A stretch of 59,047 bases of DNA, taken from assembly GCA_902520595.1 (NCBI GenBank), contig CABYOM010000004.1:1-59047 (forward strand), read 5' to 3'. The position numbers were made by a program, and so were the translations under genes. Of the stretch, positions 48,751-58,608 are shown piece after piece; the first letter of the stretch is position 1; each line of letters starts with the position of its first letter. This stretch comes from an uncultured Candidatus Poseidoniales archaeon. Lineage in GTDB: Archaea > Thermoplasmatota > Poseidoniia > Poseidoniales > Poseidoniaceae. The notes under the pieces are model-generated. The model saw only the letters and a list, made by a program, of their open reading frames with translations, ran no database searches and was not told where the DNA came from.

Positions 48751-49419
48751 TCACCGCACTGGATGGAAGTCATCACCTTTATTTTCGGAATCAAGAATTC
48801 GTTCAATTACTGGAAAGATTCCGTGTGAATCATCGACCTGGAAGAGTCGCAAGCCTTGAGCCCAACCAGCACCCATGTCACTTCCTCGGTCGCCAACCAT
48901 ACAATCAAACAAGTGTGCAGGATTCGGCTTCTTGCCCCACCAATCAACTTCAGCATCTTTCGGAGAAATTTCTGCGATTGATTGACCTTGAGGGTGTTCG
49001 ATTTTCCCTCGAAGTACTTTTTCTCCAAATCGTAACATTCCCGGCATCGGTTTACGACACATGCATCGATCACGGTGGCGATGTGGGCAGGCAAGAATCA
49101 TATCAAAATGAGCATCTTGGTCAAATTTCAGAAACGCACTGCGCATGTGGTCGTGAATTGAGTGCAGTCGATGCTCATCCCACAAACCTCGCATGATTGG
49201 AGACTGGTTTGTAACGACGCAGATTCTGTATCCGGCCCGACGGAGCATTCCCACTGACTGCGCAGCATTGGGGAGGGGGATAAATTCACTTGGCTGATTG
49301 ATGTACTCTGAACTGCCAATATTGAGGACTCCATCGCGGTCAAGAAAAGCAATACCGCCGTGTGAAGGAGCGGAAGCCGGCAAGGGAGTCGGCGTGTACT
49401 GAACTACGAACCCTCGCAT
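48751..49419 (-). CDS. HAD-IIIA phosphatase (GmhB/HisB-N family)
   Basis: FLDRDGVLN, VVTNQS, CPH....C.CRKP.PGM, MVGDR.SD. Confidence 0.88.
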   Translation of the reverse strand: MRGFVVQYTPTPLPASAPSHGGIAFLDRDGVLNIGSSEYINQPSEFIPLPNAAQSVGMLRRAGYRICVVTNQSPIMRGLWDEHRLHSIHDHMRSAFLKFDQDAHFDMILACPHRHRDRCMCRKPMPGMLRFGEKVLRGKIEHPQGQSIAEISPKDAEVDWWGKKPNPAHLFDCMVGDRGSDMGAGWAQGLRLFQVDDSHGIFPVIERILDSENKGDDFHPVR

Positions 49420-49501
49420 GGTTATCCCAGCAGGTAGAAGGTGAAGTGATTTTGGTCGAACCAACAGAGTGTTGAAATGGAATCAGCATGTGGAATGCCT
49501 C

Positions 49502-50419
49502 ATGCTGTTCAGCGCTGAAGTGGCTTCACTCATCGGTGCTACAGGGCTAATTTCGCTCGCAGTTTCGTGGCACAGAAGGAAAAAAGGCGAAATACGCCTC
49601 GCCCAATTTGGTTGGGTTCTTGTCGGTTTAACCTTCTTCAATGATGCAGAGAAATATTTGTCGCACGGCGATGCTGTGCTTACTGTATTTACCATCGCAA
49701 CACTTCCAATGGCTGTTGGAATGGCGATATGGGAACAACGTGTGAATGATCCAAAAACACAGCGGGCTTTGATTTGGTCGAGAGGAGCTGTTGCTTATGC
49801 AGGTGGGCCTTACTTACTCATTGCCCATGTTCCTTGGCTCAACGTTCTAGCTATCTGGTTTGTCGCAAGTCAAGCAGCCCTGTTTTTGCGGTTTTCTGGT
49901 TCTGGAGACGTCGTTCTTGGTGAGACGACCGTTAACACAGTCAACGGTGAAGTTGCATGGAGTACATGGGATGGGAACCGATGGTTTATGGGCGAGTTTG
50001 TTGGCGAATATCCATTTCAAACTGAACTTTTACTCAGTGATGGGACGGCTATTGGAATTAATTTCGTATTAGCATGCACTGCTTTGCAATCGATGGTCAT
50101 CTTCATCGGCGCTATTGCAGTTCTCGACATTGATTGGAAGCGACGATGTCGGGCACTGATTCTCACACTTCCGGTCATTCACATTCTCAACTTGTTCCGT
50201 AATGCTGGATTAATTTGGATGCATATGACCTATACCGAATGGTCGTATCTGGGAATGTCAGTCTTTGAGTTCGGACACGCTTATGCTGCCCGTGTCGTCT
50301 CGTTAGGAGCCATGTTCTTGATGGCTATCGTCATGTTCGATATCCTACCCGAATTACATCGACACATTGTTCGATTGTTGCGACCGTTTGGATTGTTACA
50401 ACCCCAAGCAAAGAAATAG
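49502..50419 (+). CDS. artA: archaeosortase (ArtA-like)
   Basis: Multi-TM protein with LACTALQS (catalytic Cys), N.FRN (Arg) and H...AR. Confidence 0.8.
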   Translation: MLFSAEVASLIGATGLISLAVSWHRRKKGEIRLAQFGWVLVGLTFFNDAEKYLSHGDAVLTVFTIATLPMAVGMAIWEQRVNDPKTQRALIWSRGAVAYAGGPYLLIAHVPWLNVLAIWFVASQAALFLRFSGSGDVVLGETTVNTVNGEVAWSTWDGNRWFMGEFVGEYPFQTELLLSDGTAIGINFVLACTALQSMVIFIGAIAVLDIDWKRRCRALILTLPVIHILNLFRNAGLIWMHMTYTEWSYLGMSVFEFGHAYAARVVSLGAMFLMAIVMFDILPELHRHIVRLLRPFGLLQPQAKK

Positions 50420-50421
50420 GC

Positions 50422-53400
50422 TCACTGTTGCGCCCAATCTTGTGATGCATCGCTTCGCACCCATTTGATGCCACTACCTGCAGGATATTCAATGACTTCT
50501 TGACCGCTTGCATCGATCATACCCATCAATGCAGACGGAGGTGATTGAGGAGACGGTGTTTCAAATAAATCGCTCATGTCACCAATAGGAAGTGAATTTT
50601 CATTCTGAGGTGCTTTGTATGCATCAAATGGATTTTCCTGTTCTGAAGAATCGTTTGAAGGTTCCACTGGGCTCTCAAACTGTTCGATGGAAGGAAGCAC
50701 TTTGTCCTCTTTCTGTAGCATTCGTTCGTCAAAATCTGGAACACTGGAGTTTTCCCATTCTTGGGACGAATTGCTGTTTCCACCACTGCGTAAGAAGAAC
50801 ACGAGAATACCGATAAGCATGACAAACAGGACTCCGCCAGCAGAGTAAATCATGTCATTCGCGACACCAGGGGCGATGTCTGCATTATCACCAACTCCAT
50901 CACCATCGGTGTCAAGAGTTTCATCTGGATCATCCGGGAATGCATCTTCATCATCAGGAACACCGTCTTTATCACCGTCAAAAGCATCGAATGTGGTCTC
51001 ACAAACAAGTGCAGCCAATTCGATTTCATCGCCATCGAGTACGCTATCCTTGTCACCATCGAAAGAAGTGAATTTATAGGAATTCACGAAGGATTGTGAT
51101 GAAAACAGTTCGAGTGACACACGGTCAAAGTTTTCCAATTGATCGAACATGCTCTCTAATTCATTACTGCATGTGCAGAGTTCCTGAACAATTTCACGAT
51201 ACTCAAGCGTCTCATCACCATTGAGATCTATATCCGAGAAAACAACATCATCTGCATCAATTGAATCAAATTCTCGAACAGAAAGAACGCCATCGTTGTC
51301 AATATCGTACTGAGTCATGACCTCCTTGGCTGATTCTTGGCAAGACATGACTACGACGGGTTCATCGGGGTCATCAGGGTCGACAGATGGCAAGTCGGAA
51401 TATTCCCAATTAGCGACTAATGATACGTCTGAAAAGGATTCTTCAGCGATGAGTGAGATATCAAAACGGCCGTTTGAAGGCATTTCAATATACAGCGTAT
51501 GTTCAGTACCCTCTCCCTTGGATTCGACGGTTATTGATTCGCTTTCGATTTCCATGCCCGGCATTTGTCGTCCACCAGGCCCGCCATTGCCTTCATTTTG
51601 GCCGCCACCAAAGTTGAAGATAATCTGTTCTCCCTCGCCTTCAATGAGCAACTCACCTTCACCTCCAAATGAAATTATTTCGAGGTATTCACCGGCTTCT
51701 TCTAACTGAACGAAAAAGAACAGTTCTTCGCCTTCAGGTGCCTCGATGCCTGAAATTTCTTCACCGTTGAAGAGTTCGATTGGAGTACCATCATAACTCC
51801 AAACATATCGGTCTTCAAAGGAAGCTGTAATCATAACGTTGGCAAAGATTTCTTCAGTGTAGACCAAAATATACCACATGCCAGGCGTGGGGTCATTGAA
51901 ACCAACCATGTCACCTGCACCAGGTGTGCCTGAAAGGTAATCGAAGTTAGCAGCATCCGGGGCTTCAAGATATTGCAAGAAGAGAGTCGCTTCACCATAA
52001 CCTTCTGAAAGGTCAACTTCAAGTCGTTCAGTACCGGTAGGCACGTCGATTTTGAAATATTGAAGAAGCCCATCATAACCGCTCAAAGGACCGTAGGCAA
52101 TACCGGGAGAGAGTTCAATGGCGTCTTCAGGAGCCACGTTGTCAGGAGCATATGCGAAACTGGCCTTGATTGTGAAATCAAGGGCACGGCCAAAAGTGAA
52201 TGCAGAAGCGTAGTATATCCCGGGTTCAACATCATACAATGTAGCCATTTCTTCATTGCCTTGGCCGGTGCTCCAAGCAAGTTTCGAAGCACTGCCTTCC
52301 AAATCGTCATCTTCCTCGAAAATATCGCTGAACAAATCAAACGGATCTGGAACCGTCATCCATGAAAGTCCAAGATTTATGTTACCGGTGCCATCGTAAG
52401 TCTCGACTGATAAACTGGCAAGAGGTTCTGTGACGTTTACATAATAATACAAAATTCGATCTTCAAGAGGTGCCTGTCGACCAACATCAATCGATTGGTC
52501 AGTGACTGGAATACTGTTCTTTAATTCTGTCATCTCACTCAATTCTGGAGGTGGATCAGCGATTTCCCAGGTGAGAGTGACTGTCAAATCTTCAATGTCC
52601 TCAGTAGGGATGATGACAATCCACCAGGTGCCAGCATCTGGCCAACTCCAATCTTCCCAAAGGTAACTAAATTCAGCGACAAAGTGATCATCATGTTCCC
52701 ATGAACTTGGTATTGATTCATGAGAAATGTAAACATCGATATCAATTGGTTGTTTTTCGAATTGGTCCCAAGAATACATGTTGAAGTACATTTCTTTGGT
52801 CATTTCTTCGACATCAGCATAAAACAAAAGTTGGTCACCTGCTTCTGCAGATTCAATGATAATATCTTCATCATTGAACAATTCAACAGCCTGAGTAACT
52901 ATTGTGCCATCAGGCATAACCCAATCTGCACCGTCAATCTCTCCTGTTCGGTTTGCCTCATCTGAGGTTACCGGGCCTTCACCCTCTGCGAAGGTCCAGT
53001 TCGAAATCCAGTTTGTTGACATGTTTGAAGCAGTAATTCCAATTGAGATGTTGTCAAGCATTCCTTCAAAGAAGTTGCAGTCGCAACCTGCACCCATGCT
53101 TGCGATGTAAAGCTCATCACATGAATCACCAGATGTGAAACAGTCATTTGAGCCAAAGTCACCTTGAGGAATCATCGATTTTTCTGCAGAAATGTTTCCA
53201 GCATGTTCACCGTTGATTTTGAAATGTCCACCAACAGATTCAATGAAATCGATTTCAATATGGCTCCATTGATTTGCAACAACGGTCATGTTTGAGAGTG
53301 GATGCTTGGAAAGACTGTATTCGGAAGCATAACCAACTGCACCGTTGTTGAGATACATTCCCCATCCATAATCACCCTTCATGGTAATGAACTGAATACC

Positions 53401-54033
53401 CTGAATTGAGTAAGGAAATACCCAAGCGGAAAGGTGAAGACCACCAGTGATATTGAGAGTATCATCATGAGGAACTACGATCTTATCACCGTCACCGTTG
53501 AACCGAAGTGAAAAATCAGCACCCTCGCCAACCTCTACAACGCCATAAACTGGGAAATATTGCGGATCATTTTCCAAGTCATTCCACGTGCCTGGCATGA
53601 TGTTGCCCATGTTCGTACTCGCTATGTGAATAAAATCTTCATCGCCCCCTTCAGAGGGTTGACTGTCACCCCAGTTGTTGTAGTAAAAGGGGGAACCATC
53701 ATGCCATTTGTAAAAACCATCTTCATCATAGTCTGACAGGCCGGTCCAGAGATGTCGGGATTGATTATCAAACGTTGAGAAGGTATCAAAAATCCATTGA
53801 TTTTCAACTTCATCGTTGATGGTTGTCAAGAAACCGTCTAACCCGCGAGCGGCATCTGCTGCATCTTCCCATGAACTGGCACTGAGGAGGTGGTATGTGT
53901 GGCCGTTTTCAGGATTCACGGCAGTATCAAGAATTTCAATCCCGGTTGAATTTTCTGCTTCAACAGACATCAAGAGAGGTGATACTGAACTTAAGAAAAA
54001 CAGTGTTAAGACAATGACTGCCTGTGCTTTCAT
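50422..54033 (-). CDS. large secreted, membrane-anchored surface protein (C-type lectin, LamG, PPC-like repeats, EF-hand and TSP3-like Ca-binding motifs)
   Basis: Signal peptide; NGHTYHL..SWEDA...W.G..D...G.Y.W.DG...WND lectin domain; LamG region; repeated Y..V....L.V...G.G...L.....P...GxWYI units; DxDxDG loops; DGDKDGVPDDEDAFPDDP; TM helix and tail. Confidence 0.8.
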   Translation of the reverse strand: MKAQAVIVLTLFFLSSVSPLLMSVEAENSTGIEILDTAVNPENGHTYHLLSASSWEDAADAARGLDGFLTTINDEVENQWIFDTFSTFDNQSRHLWTGLSDYDEDGFYKWHDGSPFYYNNWGDSQPSEGGDEDFIHIASTNMGNIMPGTWNDLENDPQYFPVYGVVEVGEGADFSLRFNGDGDKIVVPHDDTLNITGGLHLSAWVFPYSIQGIQFITMKGDYGWGMYLNNGAVGYASEYSLSKHPLSNMTVVANQWSHIEIDFIESVGGHFKINGEHAGNISAEKSMIPQGDFGSNDCFTSGDSCDELYIASMGAGCDCNFFEGMLDNISIGITASNMSTNWISNWTFAEGEGPVTSDEANRTGEIDGADWVMPDGTIVTQAVELFNDEDIIIESAEAGDQLLFYADVEEMTKEMYFNMYSWDQFEKQPIDIDVYISHESIPSSWEHDDHFVAEFSYLWEDWSWPDAGTWWIVIIPTEDIEDLTVTLTWEIADPPPELSEMTELKNSIPVTDQSIDVGRQAPLEDRILYYYVNVTEPLASLSVETYDGTGNINLGLSWMTVPDPFDLFSDIFEEDDDLEGSASKLAWSTGQGNEEMATLYDVEPGIYYASAFTFGRALDFTIKASFAYAPDNVAPEDAIELSPGIAYGPLSGYDGLLQYFKIDVPTGTERLEVDLSEGYGEATLFLQYLEAPDAANFDYLSGTPGAGDMVGFNDPTPGMWYILVYTEEIFANVMITASFEDRYVWSYDGTPIELFNGEEISGIEAPEGEELFFFVQLEEAGEYLEIISFGGEGELLIEGEGEQIIFNFGGGQNEGNGGPGGRQMPGMEIESESITVESKGEGTEHTLYIEMPSNGRFDISLIAEESFSDVSLVANWEYSDLPSVDPDDPDEPVVVMSCQESAKEVMTQYDIDNDGVLSVREFDSIDADDVVFSDIDLNGDETLEYREIVQELCTCSNELESMFDQLENFDRVSLELFSSQSFVNSYKFTSFDGDKDSVLDGDEIELAALVCETTFDAFDGDKDGVPDDEDAFPDDPDETLDTDGDGVGDNADIAPGVANDMIYSAGGVLFVMLIGILVFFLRSGGNSNSSQEWENSSVPDFDERMLQKEDKVLPSIEQFESPVEPSNDSSEQENPFDAYKAPQNENSLPIGDMSDLFETPSPQSPPSALMGMIDASGQEVIEYPAGSGIKWVRSDASQDWAQQ

Positions 54034-54105
54034 ATAAAATTGCATCAAACGGTAACTTATCAAGCAATTGGTGTGTTGACTAACATCACACTTGCAGTTT
54101 GAGTA

Positions 54106-57100
54106 TCATTTGAGGCGCTTGCCGCCGATTCTTAATTCAGTTTGCAATGGCATTTGATGCTCCCAAGCAAATTCTTTGACGATTCGCCAAGCTTTTTCAG
54201 ATCCTTCGTAATCTTTCACCTCAATTATGTTGTTGCGCGTATTGGCTTTGAAGGCAGCTACAGGTTCCGCATTCTTGAACACCAAATATGCAGAACCAAA
54301 TCCGAATCTTTCTTTCAAGATGTCTGAAAAGTAAGGAGCAATTGGGTCACTGGGAGGAAGAACGAAATCACGTATCGGTGGGATTTCTTGGGCTTCCTCA
54401 AGTAAATTTTTACGACCCCAGCACACTTGGTCAAGGTCTTCGATGAGGAAACCTTTGACCAAAGTTCCATCTTCTTCAAATGAGGTGAGTACAGATTTAA
54501 TTTCCTCTGGCTTAAATGGAGTTCCTGCAAGACGGAGAATTTGTTTGAGCGTGATGACTGGATATTCTTTGACGAGGTTTCTTAGGTATTCACGCCGCAA
54601 CTCAATTCGATCGAGGTCTTTCGATACTTTCACGGTACGAAATCCGCCTCTAAAGTCTTGAACGATGTGACCAGTTCGAACCAATGGTTGAATCAGTTTC
54701 CTAAATTCCGACTGGGTTAACGCATGACGCTCTTTGAACAAGTTGGGGTCAGAATTCCCGCTAAAGAATTCGATAATATCCCAGAGTTCGTCCTCATGAG
54801 GTTCTCCACGAATCGCAAGAAGATTTTGGAAATGCTCGTAGGTCGACCAAACTTGATGTCCTCGAAGATTTACACCTTGATGCAAACGATTTGCACTGGC
54901 CATACTTTTGAGGTCGACCCGATAAAGTTCACATCTGCCTCTCAACGCAAAATCATCACGTATTTCATCGACCTTTCTCACTGCTGCACTTTCATGCTCA
55001 TGACGAGTTTTTTGATGCAAATGATGACGATAGAAAAGGGCCCTTTCTGCAATTTCTCTTGGTTGAGGGTCCACAACTCCGCCCCGAATCATTCGCTCCC
55101 CTGCCATCTTGAAGCCAATCGATTCAAGTGCAGAACGCGTCTTTTCATCCATATCAGTAACAGGTTCGCTGTTGAAATTCGACATCACTGCAACATCGAC
55201 TAATTGGTCAGCGTGATTTTCGAGAAGCAATTCAAAGGCAGAACAGAATTCTTCAAGATAAGCAGTCGGGACGTGTAAATCTTTGATGACCAAGTAATCA
55301 TTTACTTTGAACATCAGCACTTTGCCGATAGGGTCAATTCCCTTGAACACTGGAAGGTACCATCCTCGGTCGAGAACACTTCGAACTTCCCAAATGAATC
55401 GAGAAACATAAGGGTCGGACTGTGTGAGAATTCGCATTTTCCGGTCTTCTCTGCGAGGACGCTGGAGTAACTGGACTTCTTCGGGCATACAGTAGAATGC
55501 CTCAGGATCAGGAACCAAAGCCATGACTTTCGCAATGCGGCCATCTTTCTCAAGATTCATCAAAGCAACAGTGAGCTCCTCGAAAGAGCGAGAAACATAG
55601 AAACGCAAAGTGCTGCCCTTTACTGGACCCATTCGACGAATTATTTCAACCAAAGCACTCTCGAAATCAAGTGCATCGTAAACGTCGTGGACTCTGTGGA
55701 AAAGTGACAGCCGCCGCCTTCGACCTGAAACATCTTCAAATTGTTTAACAACCAACATTTGCCGTTCGAGGTTGGACATGGCATATTTGATGTCGCGCTG
55801 AAGCGCACGATGCTCATCTCCTTTCGGGAAATCTTGTAATATTTCTTGACGCGTGAGATTTTCACCGATTGGAATACGACGCAGGAGTTCTTCCTCCATT
55901 GGGCCAATCCACGGTTCAGGTTTCAAGCCGAGGAGCATAGGAATAGTGTCCTTGTTGGTATACCCCATCCGGTTGTGCAAGAGCCGACCCATAATGACAT
56001 CAGAATCCAACTGCATGTCCTGCCAATCTTTGAAGCGGAAATCTTTGACTCGATACAAAAGTTCCTGCTGTTTCTGGAAAAGAACGTGTGAGTCAAATGC
56101 AGTGAATCCGTCATTGTATTGTTTGAAGGTCTTGTCGAGAACGAGATTTTGAACCCATCTGTATTCGACAACTTCTTCAGCCCCATCAATCAATCGATGC
56201 TCGTCAATCTTGAGAATATATTCTGCGTCATCTGTTTGTTTATAGAATCCTACAGACAAAACATTGCGTGTTTCAAGTTCGAGTAAAATTCGATCAACCA
56301 TCTTTCGAGGGAACGGTAATCGATCGCTGAGAACATCGCCAGTTTGGGGCCCTTCACTACCGAGCATTTCAATAATTTTCACACGCAACGCTTCGTGAGG
56401 GTCACCGAGTTCTTTATCCTCCCAAGCAGTCGGAACCCTTCCATCAAATTCCGTTGCGACACGGTAAGAAATCCCACTGATGTGAAGCTCGCGTAAGTCA
56501 TCGACTTCACCACCACCATTCATGGAAAGACAACCGAGCGTTCCGTGAATTTCTGCCATGAATGTGCTGAACCACTTCCCGTCCAATTCTGGAGCACCGG
56601 TTCCATCGATTTTGGTAATTTTACCATCTTGGCAGAGAATTTCGACCCATTCTCGAAGCACCTCCATTTCAATGCCTTTGAGTTTCTCGCTATACAACGG
56701 GTTTTGAAAAGAAGAATCTAATCCACCTCCATGAGACATCAGAGTGAATAATTGTTCAGCATCTTTCGGAATGGGTGCTTTATCAAGATAGAATCTTGAC
56801 AATTGCTCTGGAGATAATTCTGTTGCTAGACTACGAGTTCCCAGGAGTCTCTGAAGAACTGCAGGATCAATGTCTTTTACCAAGAAGGCGCGAGTCTTCA
56901 TAGCCATTAAATCTTCAAATGCCGACATGAAAAGCGACATTCCAAGTCGAGAAGGAACGGTCACTTTGTTATGGACAATACGAGCATCACCCGTCAGGCA
57001 GAGGCTCAAAAACTGCTGGAGACTCTTCATGTCGATATCGCCAAACATGATTTCATTTTTTGCCTCTCTCATCAACAGACTGTCATCGATTGTTCGATGT

Positions 57101-58431
57101 TTGTTCAATAACGCATCAGCACGTTGCTGGAACTGTTGTGGGCTGACTTCATCTGATCCAATCCGTTTTGGTATAATCATCGAGCGACCTGAAACCTCTC
57201 TGAATCTTTTGGCAAAAATTTGAGTGTTTACGATATACCGCTCAATGACTTCAGTGTAATCGTTATCCCTAAACGCTTGATACATCTGCCCGGGGTCGAC
57301 TTCTTCGGAGGTTCGAATCAAAAGACCATTTTCATCGAATGACAATTCAATAACCGATATATTGTTTGATTCCGCTAGACCGGCCATAAAATATCCGAGA
57401 GCGGTATTGAAGCCTCTTCCTCTGCATGTGGTAATCATATATGTTGGATGGCCCCCTGAGACGACTTGCTCAACCAAGATTCGATTTGGGTCTGGGACCT
57501 GGAAAGAATCGATGGAATGCTCTTCTAAATGTCGGGCGATTGCATTCGCTACATCTGAAGAAAGTCCGTACGCATCACGAAGTAAGATTCGAGGATCTTG
57601 TTCGCGACGCAGGGCAACAATGCAGTGGCCTATGAGATTGAGTAACGCATTGGAGAGTTCACGTGAACGTGAACGAGCCTCTCCAGACCACGAAGGAACC
57701 GTTGGTCGATGCCCAGTGACTGAGGCGACATTTACGCGTGTACCTTGAATGTTGGTGACCCTGTAGGTTGAACCACCAAGTAAAATCACGTCACCTCCGC
57801 GAAGATTGGAAACGAAGGAACCTGAAAGCTGTCCGAGAATTGAACCTTCAGCGTTGAAAACAAGGTAGGAATTATCTGGAGCAATCGTTCCAATATTTTG
57901 GTAATAAATCATACGAGCATAACCACGCTTTCCATAGATGTTCTCTTCCCAGTCAATCCAGATACGTCGCTCGTCTTCAAGCATGTCCAGAACTTCAATG
58001 AAATCATCATATTCGAAATTACGGTATGACCAAGCATTAACAATAACTTCGTACGCTTCATCAATATCAATATCGTTGATGATGACCAAGCCAATCATAA
58101 ATTGTGCAACGACATCTAAACAATTTTCTGGGAAATCAAGTCGATCCATATCACCAGTTTGGATTGCCGATTGCAATGCAGCGAGTTCGATGAGGTCATC
58201 AACACTCGATGGTAAAAATCGGGCGCGAGGAATCCCGCCTACATGGTGACCTGCTCGACCAATTCTTTGAAGAGCAGTTGCAATATCACCGGGGCTACCA
58301 ATCTGTAAAACCAAGTCAACAGAACCAATGTCTATACCCATTTCTAGAGATGAGGATGTGACAACTGCACGAAGGTGTCCATGTTTCAATTTCTTTTCAA
58401 CATCAGCCGTGTAATCAATATTTACCATCAT
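54106..58431 (-). CDS. lhr: Lhr-family SF2 helicase, C-terminal portion (from just before motif V) with a long C-terminal extension; lacks the N-terminal ATPase lobe
   Basis: VVTSSSLEMGIDIG (motif V), LQRIGRAGH (motif VI), DVVAQ, YY.NIGTI, PTVPSW.GE, F..RFREV..R. No Walker A or DEAH in this ORF. Confidence 0.85.
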   Translation of the reverse strand: MMVNIDYTADVEKKLKHGHLRAVVTSSSLEMGIDIGSVDLVLQIGSPGDIATALQRIGRAGHHVGGIPRARFLPSSVDDLIELAALQSAIQTGDMDRLDFPENCLDVVAQFMIGLVIINDIDIDEAYEVIVNAWSYRNFEYDDFIEVLDMLEDERRIWIDWEENIYGKRGYARMIYYQNIGTIAPDNSYLVFNAEGSILGQLSGSFVSNLRGGDVILLGGSTYRVTNIQGTRVNVASVTGHRPTVPSWSGEARSRSRELSNALLNLIGHCIVALRREQDPRILLRDAYGLSSDVANAIARHLEEHSIDSFQVPDPNRILVEQVVSGGHPTYMITTCRGRGFNTALGYFMAGLAESNNISVIELSFDENGLLIRTSEEVDPGQMYQAFRDNDYTEVIERYIVNTQIFAKRFREVSGRSMIIPKRIGSDEVSPQQFQQRADALLNKHRTIDDSLLMREAKNEIMFGDIDMKSLQQFLSLCLTGDARIVHNKVTVPSRLGMSLFMSAFEDLMAMKTRAFLVKDIDPAVLQRLLGTRSLATELSPEQLSRFYLDKAPIPKDAEQLFTLMSHGGGLDSSFQNPLYSEKLKGIEMEVLREWVEILCQDGKITKIDGTGAPELDGKWFSTFMAEIHGTLGCLSMNGGGEVDDLRELHISGISYRVATEFDGRVPTAWEDKELGDPHEALRVKIIEMLGSEGPQTGDVLSDRLPFPRKMVDRILLELETRNVLSVGFYKQTDDAEYILKIDEHRLIDGAEEVVEYRWVQNLVLDKTFKQYNDGFTAFDSHVLFQKQQELLYRVKDFRFKDWQDMQLDSDVIMGRLLHNRMGYTNKDTIPMLLGLKPEPWIGPMEEELLRRIPIGENLTRQEILQDFPKGDEHRALQRDIKYAMSNLERQMLVVKQFEDVSGRRRRLSLFHRVHDVYDALDFESALVEIIRRMGPVKGSTLRFYVSRSFEELTVALMNLEKDGRIAKVMALVPDPEAFYCMPEEVQLLQRPRREDRKMRILTQSDPYVSRFIWEVRSVLDRGWYLPVFKGIDPIGKVLMFKVNDYLVIKDLHVPTAYLEEFCSAFELLLENHADQLVDVAVMSNFNSEPVTDMDEKTRSALESIGFKMAGERMIRGGVVDPQPREIAERALFYRHHLHQKTRHEHESAAVRKVDEIRDDFALRGRCELYRVDLKSMASANRLHQGVNLRGHQVWSTYEHFQNLLAIRGEPHEDELWDIIEFFSGNSDPNLFKERHALTQSEFRKLIQPLVRTGHIVQDFRGGFRTVKVSKDLDRIELRREYLRNLVKEYPVITLKQILRLAGTPFKPEEIKSVLTSFEEDGTLVKGFLIEDLDQVCWGRKNLLEEAQEIPPIRDFVLPPSDPIAPYFSDILKERFGFGSAYLVFKNAEPVAAFKANTRNNIIEVKDYEGSEKAWRIVKEFAWEHQMPLQTELRIGGKRLK

Positions 58432-58608
58432 TCATTTTGTTTGAGTGCAAAATAGAATCAAACGGGCATTTATGTTGACAACATTTTTTCTCTTTTCTAC
58501 GATTTCGGTAGATTTTTCACCTCTACAGTAAGAGTTTTGTTAAATTGAAAAAACGATACATTGATTTACTCGTAGCATCCGATGTGCGAACACGGGTGTG
58601 AAAAATAA

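Noticed and set aside
198-58249. Numerous short alternative-frame and antisense ORFs in the track (e.g. 31668-32348, 34615-35136, 22771-23064)
   Set aside because: They overlap confidently assigned genes and lack motifs; treated as shadow ORFs.
58405-58431. Split intein joining the two Lhr halves
   Set aside because: The leader MMVNIDYTA is too short and has no terminal His-Asn followed by Cys/Ser/Thr.
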